From Roseibacillus sp. (GTDB taxonomy: Bacteria > Verrucomicrobiota > Verrucomicrobiia > Verrucomicrobiales > Akkermansiaceae): a DNA stretch of 53,243 nucleotides. Under the pieces are notes generated by a model. It saw only the letters and a program-made list of their open reading frames with translations, ran no database searches and had not been told where the DNA came from. The position numbers were made by a program, and so were the translations under genes. Numbering within the stretch: position 1 is the first letter of the stretch; each line of letters starts with the position of its first letter. The stretch is taken from assembly GCA_965242925.1 (NCBI GenBank), contig CBDEUM010000017.1:1-53243 (forward strand). Reading direction: 5' to 3'. Shown here one piece after another: positions 39,483 through 49,807 of the stretch.

Positions 39483-42231
39483 ATGAGTTTCCAGATTTCG
39501 AGCTGCTTCCGGCAGAGTGTCATCCTGTTGGCACTGCTGCTCCTTGCCCTCTCGGGGTCCACCTCCCCGGCCACTCCGCTTCGAGTGGCCACCTTGAATG
39601 TAGAACTCGGTCTGGGGGCGCCCGGGAGCGCGGAATTCGAAGCCGTGCTCGATATCCTGGAACGGATCGATGCCGATGTGGTCGCTCTCCAGGAACTCAA
39701 TCGACCCGACCTTGAGGGCGCGCCCACCCCGTTGGAAAGCCTGTCCTCCACGCTTGGTTATCCACACGTGCACATTGCCACCACACAGAGGGTTCTCGAC
39801 TCCGGCATGCGTGCGGGATTCCTCAGTCGCTACCCCATCACCTCTGCCATCAACATCGTCCCCCCTCCGGCCGCCCGGGACATGGTACGCCAGATCCCGG
39901 CCATCGTGGTCGATATTCCGGCTACCGTCGCTGATCCCACCATTCTGACCCTGCACCTGAAGTGCTGTCTTGATCCGGACGATCCCTTTCGGAGGGCGGT
40001 CGAGTTGAAGCGGGCCAGGGACCACCTGGCGAGCCGAGGATTGACGGCACAGGACAATGTCATCGTTCTCGGCGATTTCAACCTGATCGGAAACAATCTG
40101 GTTTTCGAGGCGATTCCAGGTGGCCTGCCCACGACCTTCGATCTGGGTGATGATATCACCTTCCCGGTCAACTACCACATCGACCCGGCAGCCTACTTTC
40201 AATCCTGGTCCATGTCGGCCCTCGAGGCCCGGCAACTCAACGGGTCTTCCAGCACCCAGGGAAGCAGCCGCCTCGACTTCATCCTCGTCACCTCGGCCCT
40301 GACTGACCGGATCCATGCCAGCGAGATCTACAACAGCGCACTCGATGTCAGCAACCGGGACGGTCTTTCCAAGTCGGGTTCGCCACTGCCCGAACGAACA
40401 AGTGGCAATGCTTCAGACCACCTGGCTATTTTTGCTGACTTTGAACTAACCTCCCGGGACTCCCTGGTCCTGCAGGTCTCACCCGCCGAAGTGGCGGAAT
40501 CCGACCCTCCAGGAACAGCGGTCCTCACGATCGAACTTCCCTCCGCCCCCGGCCCGGGGGAGTCGATTGAGGTCCTGCTCAGTTCGTCCGCACCGGAGGA
40601 GGCAATTCCAGCGGAAACGACGGTCACCTTCCAACCCGGAGAGACTTCGCGAAACATCAATGTCGTACCACGGACCGATGGCCGAATCGACGGATCACAG
40701 GAGGTCATCTTTACTGCAATCTCAACGGGTTTCGCCCCCGCCACGACCCGCCTCATGGTGAACGACAGCTCCATTTCACTCTACGAGATCAACCAACTGG
40801 GAGAATCCGCCAGCGAGGATTTCATTGGATTCGACGGATTCTCCGACCCCCTCCGCTGGACGACCTCCCGTGGTCTCTGGCGGGGCACCGATGACGGAAG
40901 CTCGGGAATAACCGGCCTTTACTCTTACGGTAACGACGGGTCACTGGGATTTCTCATCAACATCAATCCGGTCACTGCCACGGCCAGTTTCCGAAATGCC
41001 ACCGGCCACACGATTACGGCCCTGAAGGTTGCCTACGATGCGGAACAATGGCGGGCATTTGAAGGGGGAAGAGCCGATACCATCACGGTGGAAGCCTCCA
41101 TTAACGGCGCGCTCACCCCCCTGCCCGCTCTCACTTTCACTGCGGATCACTCTCCCGGCAGTAACGGCCGCGTTCCAGATGGCCGATCCATCTCGCTCAA
41201 GATGGACCTTCCCGCCCTCTCCATCGCTTCAGGCGAGACCTTCCAGCTCAAGTTCACCGCGAATCCGGGACTCCCTCCCGGTTTCATGGAGCAGTCAGTC
41301 CGCCTCAATGAGATCCACTACGACAACGACGGCCAGGACGCCGACGAGTTCCTCGAGATCCTGGTGGCCCCGGGTTACGAAGGGCTCATCCCGGAGGTGG
41401 AAATCTTCCTCTACAACGGCAATGGGGGCAGGGTTTATGGCCAGCACTCTCTCGCATCCTTCTCCCTCGACCAGACCCTTCCCTCCGGCCATCGGCTGTA
41501 TTCGAAAGCTCATTCCCAGGATCCAGAACGGCCCCGACGGCGTGGCTATCGTGGCCGGGGGTGAGGTGCGGGAGTTTCTCTCCTACGAAGGCACACTCAC
41601 TGCAACCGACGGTCCGGCCATCAGGAGCACCTCGGAGAATATGGGCGTATCCCAGGCCAATCCCGTCCCCCCATCCGGCACGGGCAGCCTGGGACTTGAC
41701 GAACTCTCCGCCTGGTCCCGTTTCTCCACTCCGCACTCCCGCGGGTCGTTGAATCCCGGCCAGTTGCTGATCCCCCATCCCCTGCCGGGAATCGCCATCG
41801 ACAACATCAGGATCGTCGCACTGAACGACGCTGATCTGGACGGACTGCCCGACCCCCTCGAAGAAGAGCTGGGCACCAACCCCAGGCTGGCGGACAGCGA
41901 TGAAGACGGGATCCTGGATGGGGATGAAGATACGGACGGGGATCACCAGAGCAATCTGGCCGAGTTTTCACTCACCCAAACCGACCCCCTCGATCCCAAC
42001 TCCCACTTTCAGATCGTGGTGACCTCCGATCCCGGCGTTTCCCACGGCGCCCTCGTCACCTTCCCCTCCCTGACCAATCGCAACTACACCGTCTTCCGCA
42101 GCCACGATCTGATCACCTGGACACCGCTCCTCTCCCTCTCCGGATCGGGCCGGTTCGAAACCCGCGCCGTCACCGGTGAGCCACTCGCTCCGGCCAACTT
42201 CTTCCGGGTTGAGGTCGTCCGATCCAGATGA
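39483..42231 (+). CDS. Secreted endonuclease/exonuclease/phosphatase (EEP) family protein with Calx-beta-like, lamin-tail-like and Verrucomicrobial C-terminal domains; one +1 frameshift near 41505
   Basis: LRVATLNV, DVVALQE, VIVLGDFN, RLDFI and SDHL. An extra A in 'tcgaaagctc' separates ORF 39312-41564 from its continuation KLIPRIQNGPDG...NFFRVEV (ends 42231). Confidence 0.8.
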
Positions 42232-42252
42232 CCAGAGCCCAACTGCTTACTC

Positions 42253-45033
42253 TTGCTTCCGGACTCATCGCCCCCCACTCTGCCGCCCGTGCAGCAACCT
42301 CTCCCCGGCCAGCGATGGACCAGTGCATCCCAGCCGGAACTCGGCCTCGGTCTTGTCATCGCAACGGAGGGCGACCGGGTCGAAATCTGCTTTCCAGCCG
42401 CAGAGGAAATGCGGCAGTACGTCTTCTCCTCCGCTCCCCTGATCCGCGTCCAATTCAAGGAAGGTGACCGGATCAAGGATCAATCGGCCACCGAGTTCAC
42501 CGTCGAGCGGATTGAGGAACGGGACGGACTCTACATCTACCACTCCGGAAAACATGAGATCCCCGAGGAACATCTCTTCGACTCCCTGAGTTTCATCAAG
42601 CCGGAGGAACGCCTACTGGCCGGCCAGTGCGACGACCTCCGCTCCTTCGACCTTCGGGTCCAGGCCCTGCAGCTCAATGGCCGGATTCGCAGCTCACCCG
42701 ACCGGGGATTTACGGGCGCACGCATCGATCTGATCCCGCACCAGATCGCCATTGCCTCGGAAGCCGTCCAGCGTCTCGCTCCCCGCCTCCTCCTCGCAGA
42801 CGAAGTGGGTCTGGGCAAGACCATTGAAGCCTGTCTCATCCTGCACCGCCTGCATCTCACCGGACGCGCTGACCGGGTTCTCATTCTTGTTCCAGAACCC
42901 CTCGTCCATCAATGGTTCGTGGAACTTCTGCGCCGCTTCAATTTCCTCTTCGCCCTCTTCGACGAAGAGCGTTGTGCCTCCCTTGACGCCAACGAAGAGG
43001 CCGAAAATCCATTCCTGGACAGCCAGCTCATTCTCTGCGCCACCGAATTCCTCACCGGACACCCGCTACGGGCCAAACAGGCGAGGGCCGCCGGCTTCGA
43101 TCTTCTTATCGTGGACGAGGCCCACCACCTCGAATGGCATCCCGAGAATCCCAGCCCGGCCTATTCCCTGGTGGAATCGCTCGCGACGGTCACGGCTTGC
43201 GTCCTGCTCCTCACCGCGACGCCCGAACAACTCGGTCCGGAGGGACACTTCGCCCGGTTGCGACTTCTCGATCCCGACCGCTACGACGACCTCGCCACCT
43301 TCCAGGCGGAAGCGGAAGGTTACGAACCCCTCGCGGATCTGGTGGGGCGACTGACGGAGGGGGAACTCCCGACCGAAGAGGATCTCGCTCTGGTCTCGGG
43401 GCGCTCACAACGCACGGAAACCTTGGCCCGGTCCCTGGCCAGCAACGATGAGTCGGCGCGATCGGAACTGATCGGAGATCTCATCGATTCCTTCGGCACC
43501 GGACGGGTCATGTTTCGCAACACCCGGGACCGCCTGACCGGATTTCCGGAACGCAGACTGGACCTTGTCACCCTTGAAGCCGACCCGGATGAGGACCGCG
43601 ATGGCCTTGAAACACGCATGGACTGGCTGGCGCAGTTCCTTCGCGATTTTCCCGGTCATAAGGTCGTCCTCATTTGCCATTCCATGGAGATGGCCGAGTC
43701 GATTCGCACCCTTCTCCTCACCCGCATTCAGATCGAGGCCGCACTCTTCCATGAGGAACTCACCCTTCTTCAGCGTGACCGCAATGCCGCCTGGTTCGCA
43801 GAACCCGAGGGCGCCCGCATCCTCATCTGTTCTGAAATCGGATCCGAGGGACGCAATTTTCAGTTCGCCCATCATCTCGTTCTCTTCGATCTCCCGGACA
43901 ACCCGGAACTACTTGAGCAACGCATCGGAAGGCTTGATCGCATCGGACAAACAGAAACGATCAACATCCACGTCCCGGTGATCAAGGGAAGCGGAGCGGA
44001 ATTGCTGGCGCGATGGTATGCCGAGGGGCTTGATGCCTTCGAGCACTCCCTGAAGGGAGCGGCCACCCTCTCCGCCACCCTGGGACCGGAACTCAAGGCC
44101 CTGCAGGAATCCGGGGAGACGACCGGCTTCGCGGAGTTTCTCACACACACCAGAACCATGCAGGAGGATGTGGCGCGGAAACTTACCTGCGGTCACGATC
44201 GCCTCCTGGAACTGGGCGCTCCTTCCGCGGAAAAAACGGGGACCTTCATCGAACACATTTCAAATACCGATCACGATCCCGTTTTCGAGCAATTCGTCAT
44301 CCGCCTCTTTGATCATCTGGGACTGAACATCGAGGATCTCTCTCTGCGAAGTTATGTCTTCCAGAGAGGCGAGCGTCTCAGTGAGACCTTCGCGGAGTTT
44401 CCGGAAGAGGGACTTTCGGCCACCTTCGACCGCGACTGCGCCCTCGCCCGGGAAGACATTGCCTTCATGACCCCGGACCACCCCCTCTTCCGGGATGCCA
44501 TCGACGTTCTCCTCGGCCGGGAACAGGGCAACTGCAGCTTTGCTCACTGGAAAACCGCACGGGGGAAGACGATGCTCCTTGAGTGTCACTACGTCCTCGA
44601 GTGCCTCGCGCCCGCCCGGTTGCACGCCGATCGTTTTCTCCCGCCCACTCCCTACCGCACCGTGGTTGACCACAAGGGCAATGATCTCAGCGAAGACGAG
44701 GGATTACCCGCCGCCAACCTCGAACCAGGCAATCCCCGTAAGATCGTCTCCCAGAAAGTCTTCCGGAAGGAAATACTACCCTCCATGCTGACCAGGGCGG
44801 AGGAGATCGCAACCGGACAGGCCCGGTTACAAGTCGACAGGGCGGTGAGCACCGCTGAAAAATCCCTGGCCGGTGAAATTGAACGTCTCCGCAATCTGGC
44901 CCAGATCAACACCCACATCTCTCCCTCCGAAATCGAGTCCCTCGTGCACCATCGCGACGAACTTACCAGACTTCTCGGCCAGTCACGACTTCGCCTGGAT
45001 GCCCTCCGGCTCGTCTGGCGAACCCCAAGCTAG
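42253..45033 (+). CDS. rapA: RNA polymerase-associated SWI2/SNF2 ATPase RapA (HepA)
   Basis: GQRW...ELGLG, LLADEVGLGKTIEA, DEAHHL, LLLTATPEQLG, GTGRVMFRNTR, CSEIGSEGRNFQF, EQRIGRLDRIGQ and RLDALRL. Confidence 0.95.
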   Translation: MLPDSSPPTLPPVQQPLPGQRWTSASQPELGLGLVIATEGDRVEICFPAAEEMRQYVFSSAPLIRVQFKEGDRIKDQSATEFTVERIEERDGLYIYHSGKHEIPEEHLFDSLSFIKPEERLLAGQCDDLRSFDLRVQALQLNGRIRSSPDRGFTGARIDLIPHQIAIASEAVQRLAPRLLLADEVGLGKTIEACLILHRLHLTGRADRVLILVPEPLVHQWFVELLRRFNFLFALFDEERCASLDANEEAENPFLDSQLILCATEFLTGHPLRAKQARAAGFDLLIVDEAHHLEWHPENPSPAYSLVESLATVTACVLLLTATPEQLGPEGHFARLRLLDPDRYDDLATFQAEAEGYEPLADLVGRLTEGELPTEEDLALVSGRSQRTETLARSLASNDESARSELIGDLIDSFGTGRVMFRNTRDRLTGFPERRLDLVTLEADPDEDRDGLETRMDWLAQFLRDFPGHKVVLICHSMEMAESIRTLLLTRIQIEAALFHEELTLLQRDRNAAWFAEPEGARILICSEIGSEGRNFQFAHHLVLFDLPDNPELLEQRIGRLDRIGQTETINIHVPVIKGSGAELLARWYAEGLDAFEHSLKGAATLSATLGPELKALQESGETTGFAEFLTHTRTMQEDVARKLTCGHDRLLELGAPSAEKTGTFIEHISNTDHDPVFEQFVIRLFDHLGLNIEDLSLRSYVFQRGERLSETFAEFPEEGLSATFDRDCALAREDIAFMTPDHPLFRDAIDVLLGREQGNCSFAHWKTARGKTMLLECHYVLECLAPARLHADRFLPPTPYRTVVDHKGNDLSEDEGLPAANLEPGNPRKIVSQKVFRKEILPSMLTRAEEIATGQARLQVDRAVSTAEKSLAGEIERLRNLAQINTHISPSEIESLVHHRDELTRLLGQSRLRLDALRLVWRTPS

Positions 45034-45112
45034 GACAAATGGCCCTGCAGGATATTCAGGGGAAAGGGAGGTTTGCCTTTCCCGGCCAGTCGAGACCCCA
45101 TAACATTCGTGC

Positions 45113-45523
45113 ATGAAAATCATCGCTCTCCTTCTCTCTCCTCTTCTTGTAACCCTCCCGGTGAAGGCGGAACCCGGCCAGACGAAGACCGGGGTGATCG
45201 TCCATGTCACCGCCAGGGAAGCCGCGCAACTTCTCACCGCCAAGGATGAAAAGAAGCGTCCCCTCATCATTGACATCCGGACTTCCTCCGAGTTCGGGGA
45301 GGGGCACCTGAAAGGTGCCAGACAGATCGACTTCCTTGAAGACGACTTCTCTGCCAGAATCCGCAAGCTGGACCGCACCCGGTCCTATCTCATTCACTGC
45401 CGCAGCGGTGGACGCAGTTCACACTCGCTTGCACTCTGGAAAAAACTCGGATTCAAGAAGGTCTACCACCTCGATGGCGGCATCCTGGCTTGGGAAAAAG
45501 CAAATCTGTCCGTGGTCAAGTAG
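45113..45523 (+). CDS. Secreted rhodanese-like domain protein
   Basis: IIDIRTSSEFGEGHLKGA, HCRSGGRS and LDGGILAW. Confidence 0.9.
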   Translation: MKIIALLLSPLLVTLPVKAEPGQTKTGVIVHVTAREAAQLLTAKDEKKRPLIIDIRTSSEFGEGHLKGARQIDFLEDDFSARIRKLDRTRSYLIHCRSGGRSSHSLALWKKLGFKKVYHLDGGILAWEKANLSVVK

Positions 45524-45538
45524 TCGCTCCGGAAAGCA

Positions 45539-45850
45539 ATGCTTAAAACACCCATTGGCAGACTACGCCTGGCCGGGTTGCTGGAAGGCACATCCTACCT
45601 CGTGCTTCTCTATTGCTCGATCGTCCTCAAGCGTATCAAGGGCCATGAGGAGGCCATCCACCTTCCAGGCATCATTCACGGAGGACTCTTCATCCTCCTC
45701 TGTCTCCTTCTCTATCTCGCCCGTAAACCGGCCGGATGGGAAAACAGGACCTGCGCCATGATCTTCGGAGCCGCCCTCCTCCCATTTGGCCCGTTCATGA
45801 TTGAGCCCTGGCTCAAGCGGGAAGATCAGCGGATCAGAAGCAGCCGGTAA
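45539..45850 (+). CDS. DUF3817 membrane protein
   Basis: LLEGTSYLVLL, GIIHGGLF and ALLPFGPF. Confidence 0.85.
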   Translation: MLKTPIGRLRLAGLLEGTSYLVLLYCSIVLKRIKGHEEAIHLPGIIHGGLFILLCLLLYLARKPAGWENRTCAMIFGAALLPFGPFMIEPWLKREDQRIRSSR

Positions 45851-45897
45851 GTTCCTCATCCCATGCCTCCGAAGCAACCCGACCGACTCCACCACCC

Positions 45898-46233
45898 TCA
45901 ACGGGCACAGTCCCCACAAAGGGTGGCCTCGGGCCGCTGCTCAAGACGCACATAGGCGATCCATTCACCGCAACCTTCGCAAAGACCGTAATCTCCCTCG
46001 TCCATCTTGCGCAGGGCCTCCTGCAATTCGTGAATGCGCTGGTTGCGGCGGCGGGTGGCAGCCTTGCGCACCTCTTCCATCTGCATGGAGTCCAGTCTTG
46101 AGAGCCGTCCGATGGCAACGTCCACTGCCACCGCCTGCGGATCGACCTCCTCGCTGCTGGCCTCTTTCCTCAGTCCCTCCAGTTCCCCCCGAGCCTGGAT
46201 TTCCAACTCGATCTGTTCCTCCACACTCAGCAC
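45898..46233 (-). CDS. TraR/DksA C4 zinc-finger protein
   Basis: IGRLSRLDSMQ, ALRKMDEGDYGLCEGCGEWI...RLEQRPEATLCGDC; start (GTG 46233) is approximate. Confidence 0.88.
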   Translation of the reverse strand: MLSVEEQIELEIQARGELEGLRKEASSEEVDPQAVAVDVAIGRLSRLDSMQMEEVRKAATRRRNQRIHELQEALRKMDEGDYGLCEGCGEWIAYVRLEQRPEATLCGDCAR

Positions 46234-46591
46234 TCCGGCAGCATGGCGCTCCGTCTCCCCGGAGGCAAGAATCAGCACAGGAATCGCTCTCCAGTTGAGA
46301 TTCTGCCAGCATGAAGCCCGCCTTCCTGTTTGCCAGTGCCCGGATGAGAAGCGGTCTGAAGGAGCACTCTTCAAAGGTGCGGAGGGACTCGATCGGGCGA
46401 TGGATGACCTAGCCCTGGTCCGCAAGTTGATCGCCGAGGGCAAGTGAAACGGCACGGTCGGAAATTGGACGGTTAACGGGAAAATCGGATGGTGTCCGGC
46501 GAAAAATCGACGGTCCAATTTCCAAATAGATTACAGAGCCCGGTTTCAGGATCCAATCGCTTCACGCATCGTGCGATCGCGAATCATGCCC

Positions 46592-46630
46592 AAATAAAAA
46601 CGCCGCAGTCCACGAGGACTCCGGCGTTTT
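46592..46630 (-). terminator. Rho-independent terminator of the PEP-CTERM gene
   Basis: Minus strand aaaacgccggagtcc-tcgt-ggactgcggcgtttttattt: GC stem plus U-tract, 20 nt after the stop. Confidence 0.8.
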
Positions 46631-46650
46631 GAAATGAGTAATCCAGTCTC

Positions 46651-47400
46651 TTAGCCGCGGTGCCGGCGACGCAGGAAGGACAAGGTGAACACGGATCCGA
46701 GGAAAGCGAGAAGCGGGGCGCTCGGCTCGGGAATTGGGTTTGGGACGGCATTGAGCGCCACGTAGTCATGTCCCATCCAGTTACCGCCACCGCTGTCGTT
46801 GTAATTGATCCCGCGCAATTCGACATAGTTATCGAACCCGGATCCAATCTCGCCATTGACGCTGGCGAGGGTGAATTGCGGGGTGGTGATGACGGTGTTG
46901 AGGTTACCGGGGTTGACAACAACTTCGGACGCCACGAGGACACTGTTGAAATAGACCTCCACGCCGTAACGTTCGGTTCCACCCTGCCCATGCAGGTTGT
47001 TCGCCTCAAAGGAAACCGAGAACAGGTCGGTCGCATCGACGGTTGTCAGGTTGAAGTGAAAGCGAGAGGAATTGTCGACGCCGGCAAAGGCCCGTTCAGC
47101 GCCAAGCTCATCGGTGGCAACGACCCCTACCGGAGTGTAGTTACCTCCGTCGACCACGGTGGTGTAAACGCCTGCAAAGTAATAGTCGTCATCGCTGGTA
47201 CGGGGTGCCAGCCCACTGTCGGGAGCTCCGGGAAGTTCATTCACTGCTGTTTCCTGGACCCAGTCGACGTCAGGTCCGCCACCGATGCCATCTTGAGGCC
47301 AAACCCGTCCGGGGGCACCTGCTTGCCAGACAATGGTAGCGTGAGAAGCCATTGCACTGAGCGCAAAAATGGTAAGTAAGGGCATGCAGGTTTTTGCCAT
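46651..47400 (-). CDS. PEP-CTERM sorting-domain surface protein
   Basis: Signal MAKTCMPLLTIFALSAMASHA; C-terminus IPEPSAPLLAFLGSVFTLSFLRRRHRG. Confidence 0.9.
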   Translation of the reverse strand: MAKTCMPLLTIFALSAMASHATIVWQAGAPGRVWPQDGIGGGPDVDWVQETAVNELPGAPDSGLAPRTSDDDYYFAGVYTTVVDGGNYTPVGVVATDELGAERAFAGVDNSSRFHFNLTTVDATDLFSVSFEANNLHGQGGTERYGVEVYFNSVLVASEVVVNPGNLNTVITTPQFTLASVNGEIGSGFDNYVELRGINYNDSGGGNWMGHDYVALNAVPNPIPEPSAPLLAFLGSVFTLSFLRRRHRG

Positions 47401-47747
47401 GCCTGAAAACTGCCAACTCCCATGGCATGATGCAAACATTCTAGCCACTTATTTTCAGAAAAGTGCGCGCCCACGGTCACATCGCTTTTTTCCATCCACT
47501 CGTGATTTCACATGAATACGAACAATATCCTCGGTCCCCATGTCCGCATGTGGATTTCTTGAGCACGCGCCTTCGGTGAGTTCCCAAATAACGTCGCTCA
47601 GCGCTCTTGATAAATCGGTTCCGCAACACCCGCACCGGATCGGCCTCACTCTGGCGAGAACGGGGTATCCCGGGCAGCCCTGCCTCATCCCACCCGGGAA
47701 CTGCGAGTTGCACATCGTGCAGGCCCTGTTACCAACCTTAACGGCCG

Positions 47748-48953
47748 ATGACCCTGTCCAAGTCCACCCCAGAACGGGGAACCCCACCCCCTCGCCCGGT
47801 CCTGGCCCTGCTCTTACCTCTCTGCGTGCTCTGCTGCGGAGCCAACCTCTTTCTTTCCTGGAGTTGGCTCCCGGCTGCGGCAATTCTGCTCGCGGTCGCG
47901 ACCCTGGTGGTGGGCTGGCGCCGAATAGGCTGGGGCTGGACGGCCCTGATTGTTGTCACGCTGGCGGTGCCGGGCTGGAGACTGACGCAACGCTCCACCC
48001 AAGATTCCATTGTGGACCCCGATGCCGCTCAAATTCGCGAGCTGGTAAGCGTGGAGGAACGGATCCTCGCCCTCACCCCACAGCTCCGCGAGCTCTCGAA
48101 AAGCATGCAGAACCTGCGCCTCCCGGACGGCCCCCGGCTGATCCACTTTGCGTCCGAGGTGACCGTGCGGGCAGCAGGGCAGACTGCGGACACCTCCGCC
48201 CCCGGGGATCTCGACCTGCTGCGCCCCCTCCTCAAGGAGGTGGCCTGGATCGAGCAGGCTTCCTTTTACTTCATCGACGGGAGGTTTCCGGACGAGGAGG
48301 AGGATCTCTTCGAGGGTGAAGTGGGATTTCGTGGACTGGCCAAATTGAAATCCGGCGGATGGCAGGGACTGATCGGCAAGTTTCTCATCAAGTGGACCAG
48401 GGGCACAGGCGAGGAGGGTGCGGAATGGAAGATCAGCGGCTGGGAACAAAAGGAACTAGTGATCATGGCGAGTGCGCTGCGTCTCTTTGGCGATGCGCTG
48501 GGCACCGCCTTGCCCCGCCCGGCCGACCGGGCCCTCGCACATCGCTCTCCCCACCAGGAGGCCGCCATCAAGTTCTACCAAGGGGGCGCGAAGAAACATC
48601 CGCATCCCTACTTCGCTCCGATCTCCGTCAATCAGAAGCCCGGTCTCGCGGTGGTGGACATCGATTCAGATGGCGACGATGACATCTATGTCACGGTCCG
48701 GATCGGGCGCAACCTGCTCTTCGAGAACCAGGGCGATGGCACTTTCGTGGAAGCGGCGGAGAAGTATGGGATCCACTTCACCGGGCACTTCACCTGTGCG
48801 CTCTTCGCGGACTTCGACAACGACGGCGATCCGGACCTCTTCCTGGGCCGTAGCTTGAAATCCAGCCTCTACTACGAGAACCGGGCGGGCCACTTTTATC
48901 ACAGCCCGCACGCCTTGATCAGGCGCTCGATCTGGGATCCGTGGGGATCGTAG
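47748..48953 (+). CDS. FG-GAP/ASPIC-UnbV (CRTAC1-like) protein, segment 1: N-terminal TM helices + first FG-GAP repeats; frameshifted into segment 2 near 48900
   Basis: Hydrophobic N-terminus; VDIDSDGDDDIYV, LLFENQGDGTF and ADFDNDGDPDLF. The next frame is open from about 48900 (QPARLDQALDLGSVG...). Confidence 0.8.
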   Translation: MTLSKSTPERGTPPPRPVLALLLPLCVLCCGANLFLSWSWLPAAAILLAVATLVVGWRRIGWGWTALIVVTLAVPGWRLTQRSTQDSIVDPDAAQIRELVSVEERILALTPQLRELSKSMQNLRLPDGPRLIHFASEVTVRAAGQTADTSAPGDLDLLRPLLKEVAWIEQASFYFIDGRFPDEEEDLFEGEVGFRGLAKLKSGGWQGLIGKFLIKWTRGTGEEGAEWKISGWEQKELVIMASALRLFGDALGTALPRPADRALAHRSPHQEAAIKFYQGGAKKHPHPYFAPISVNQKPGLAVVDIDSDGDDDIYVTVRIGRNLLFENQGDGTFVEAAEKYGIHFTGHFTCALFADFDNDGDPDLFLGRSLKSSLYYENRAGHFYHSPHALIRRSIWDPWGS

Positions 48954-49807
48954 GGCAGCAGAAAGAGTTCCCGATGACGGCGGTCTCGGCTTCCGCGGCA
49001 GACTACAATGGCGACGGCTTGCTCGATTTGTACTTGCTGACCTACCGTCCGTCGACAATCGGCGGCAACTCAAGTCCCTCGGGCGGCTCGGGCGGGGTCG
49101 GAGCGCAAACCGAACACTGGCCTGATCACTTTTATCCGCCCGGGATGGCCGCGGAGTATTACCGCCGCCACAGGGAAGCAAACTCGGGAAACGACCCCCA
49201 GTTCCCGAACCTCCTCAACCAGATCGGACCGCCGAACATTCTCTATGTGAACCGCGGCAAGGGGCGCTTTGAAATTGCGAAGGAGAACACCCAATTGGGG
49301 ATCTGGAGCAACTCCCTGCAGGCCACCTGGGCGGATTATGACGAGGATGGCGACCCGGATGTCTTCATCGCCAACGACTGGGCGCCCGACAACCTCTTCC
49401 GCAACGACGGAGAGTCCGGCTTCACCGACGTCACGAAGGAGGCCGGCCTCACCGAATTCGGGTTCGCGATGGGGGCGACCTGGGGCGACTACGACAACGA
49501 TGGCCTGCAGGACCTCTACGTCTCCAACATGTTCAGCAAGGCGGGAGCCCGCATCACGAACCGCGTCCCGGGAATCGCCGGGATCTACAAGCAGTCCGCG
49601 GCCGGTAATTATCTCTACCGTCAGCGGCCCAATCACACCTTCGAGCTTGTCTCGGGAGACAAGCCCCCTGCCCTCGCGGTCACCAAGGCAGGCTGGTCGT
49701 GGGGTGGCCAGTTCGCCGATTTTGACAACGATGGCTTTCTCGATCTCTACGTGCTGAGCGGATACTTCACCGCGCCCGAGGCCGTCTCATCGGAGCTGGA
49801 CTTGTGA
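48941..49807 (+). CDS. FG-GAP/ASPIC-UnbV protein, segment 2 (FG-GAP repeats) ending at an in-frame TGA (candidate Sec codon)
   Basis: ADYNGDGLLDLY, ADYDEDGDPDVFIANDW, GDYDNDGLQDLYVSNM and GWSWG..FADFDNDGFLDLY; ends ELDL-TGA. Confidence 0.85.
   Translation: MGIVGQQKEFPMTAVSASAADYNGDGLLDLYLLTYRPSTIGGNSSPSGGSGGVGAQTEHWPDHFYPPGMAAEYYRRHREANSGNDPQFPNLLNQIGPPNILYVNRGKGRFEIAKENTQLGIWSNSLQATWADYDEDGDPDVFIANDWAPDNLFRNDGESGFTDVTKEAGLTEFGFAMGATWGDYDNDGLQDLYVSNMFSKAGARITNRVPGIAGIYKQSAAGNYLYRQRPNHTFELVSGDKPPALAVTKAGWSWGGQFADFDNDGFLDLYVLSGYFTAPEAVSSELDL

Noticed and set aside
41490..41520. Programmed frameshift in the EEP gene (and near 48900)
   Set aside because: No canonical slippery heptamer or stimulatory structure was seen; the pattern matches indel errors elsewhere in the window.
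46034..46447. Plus-strand ORF ending AMDDLALVRKLIAEGK
   Set aside because: Overlaps the TraR/DksA gene antisense and has no recognisable family; at most a short remnant.
49805..49807. Genome-wide UGA reassignment (code 4/25) as the explanation for the in-frame TGA
   Set aside because: TGA ends fbaA, the first DUF1501 gene and others at their natural C-termini, and Trp is encoded by TGG.
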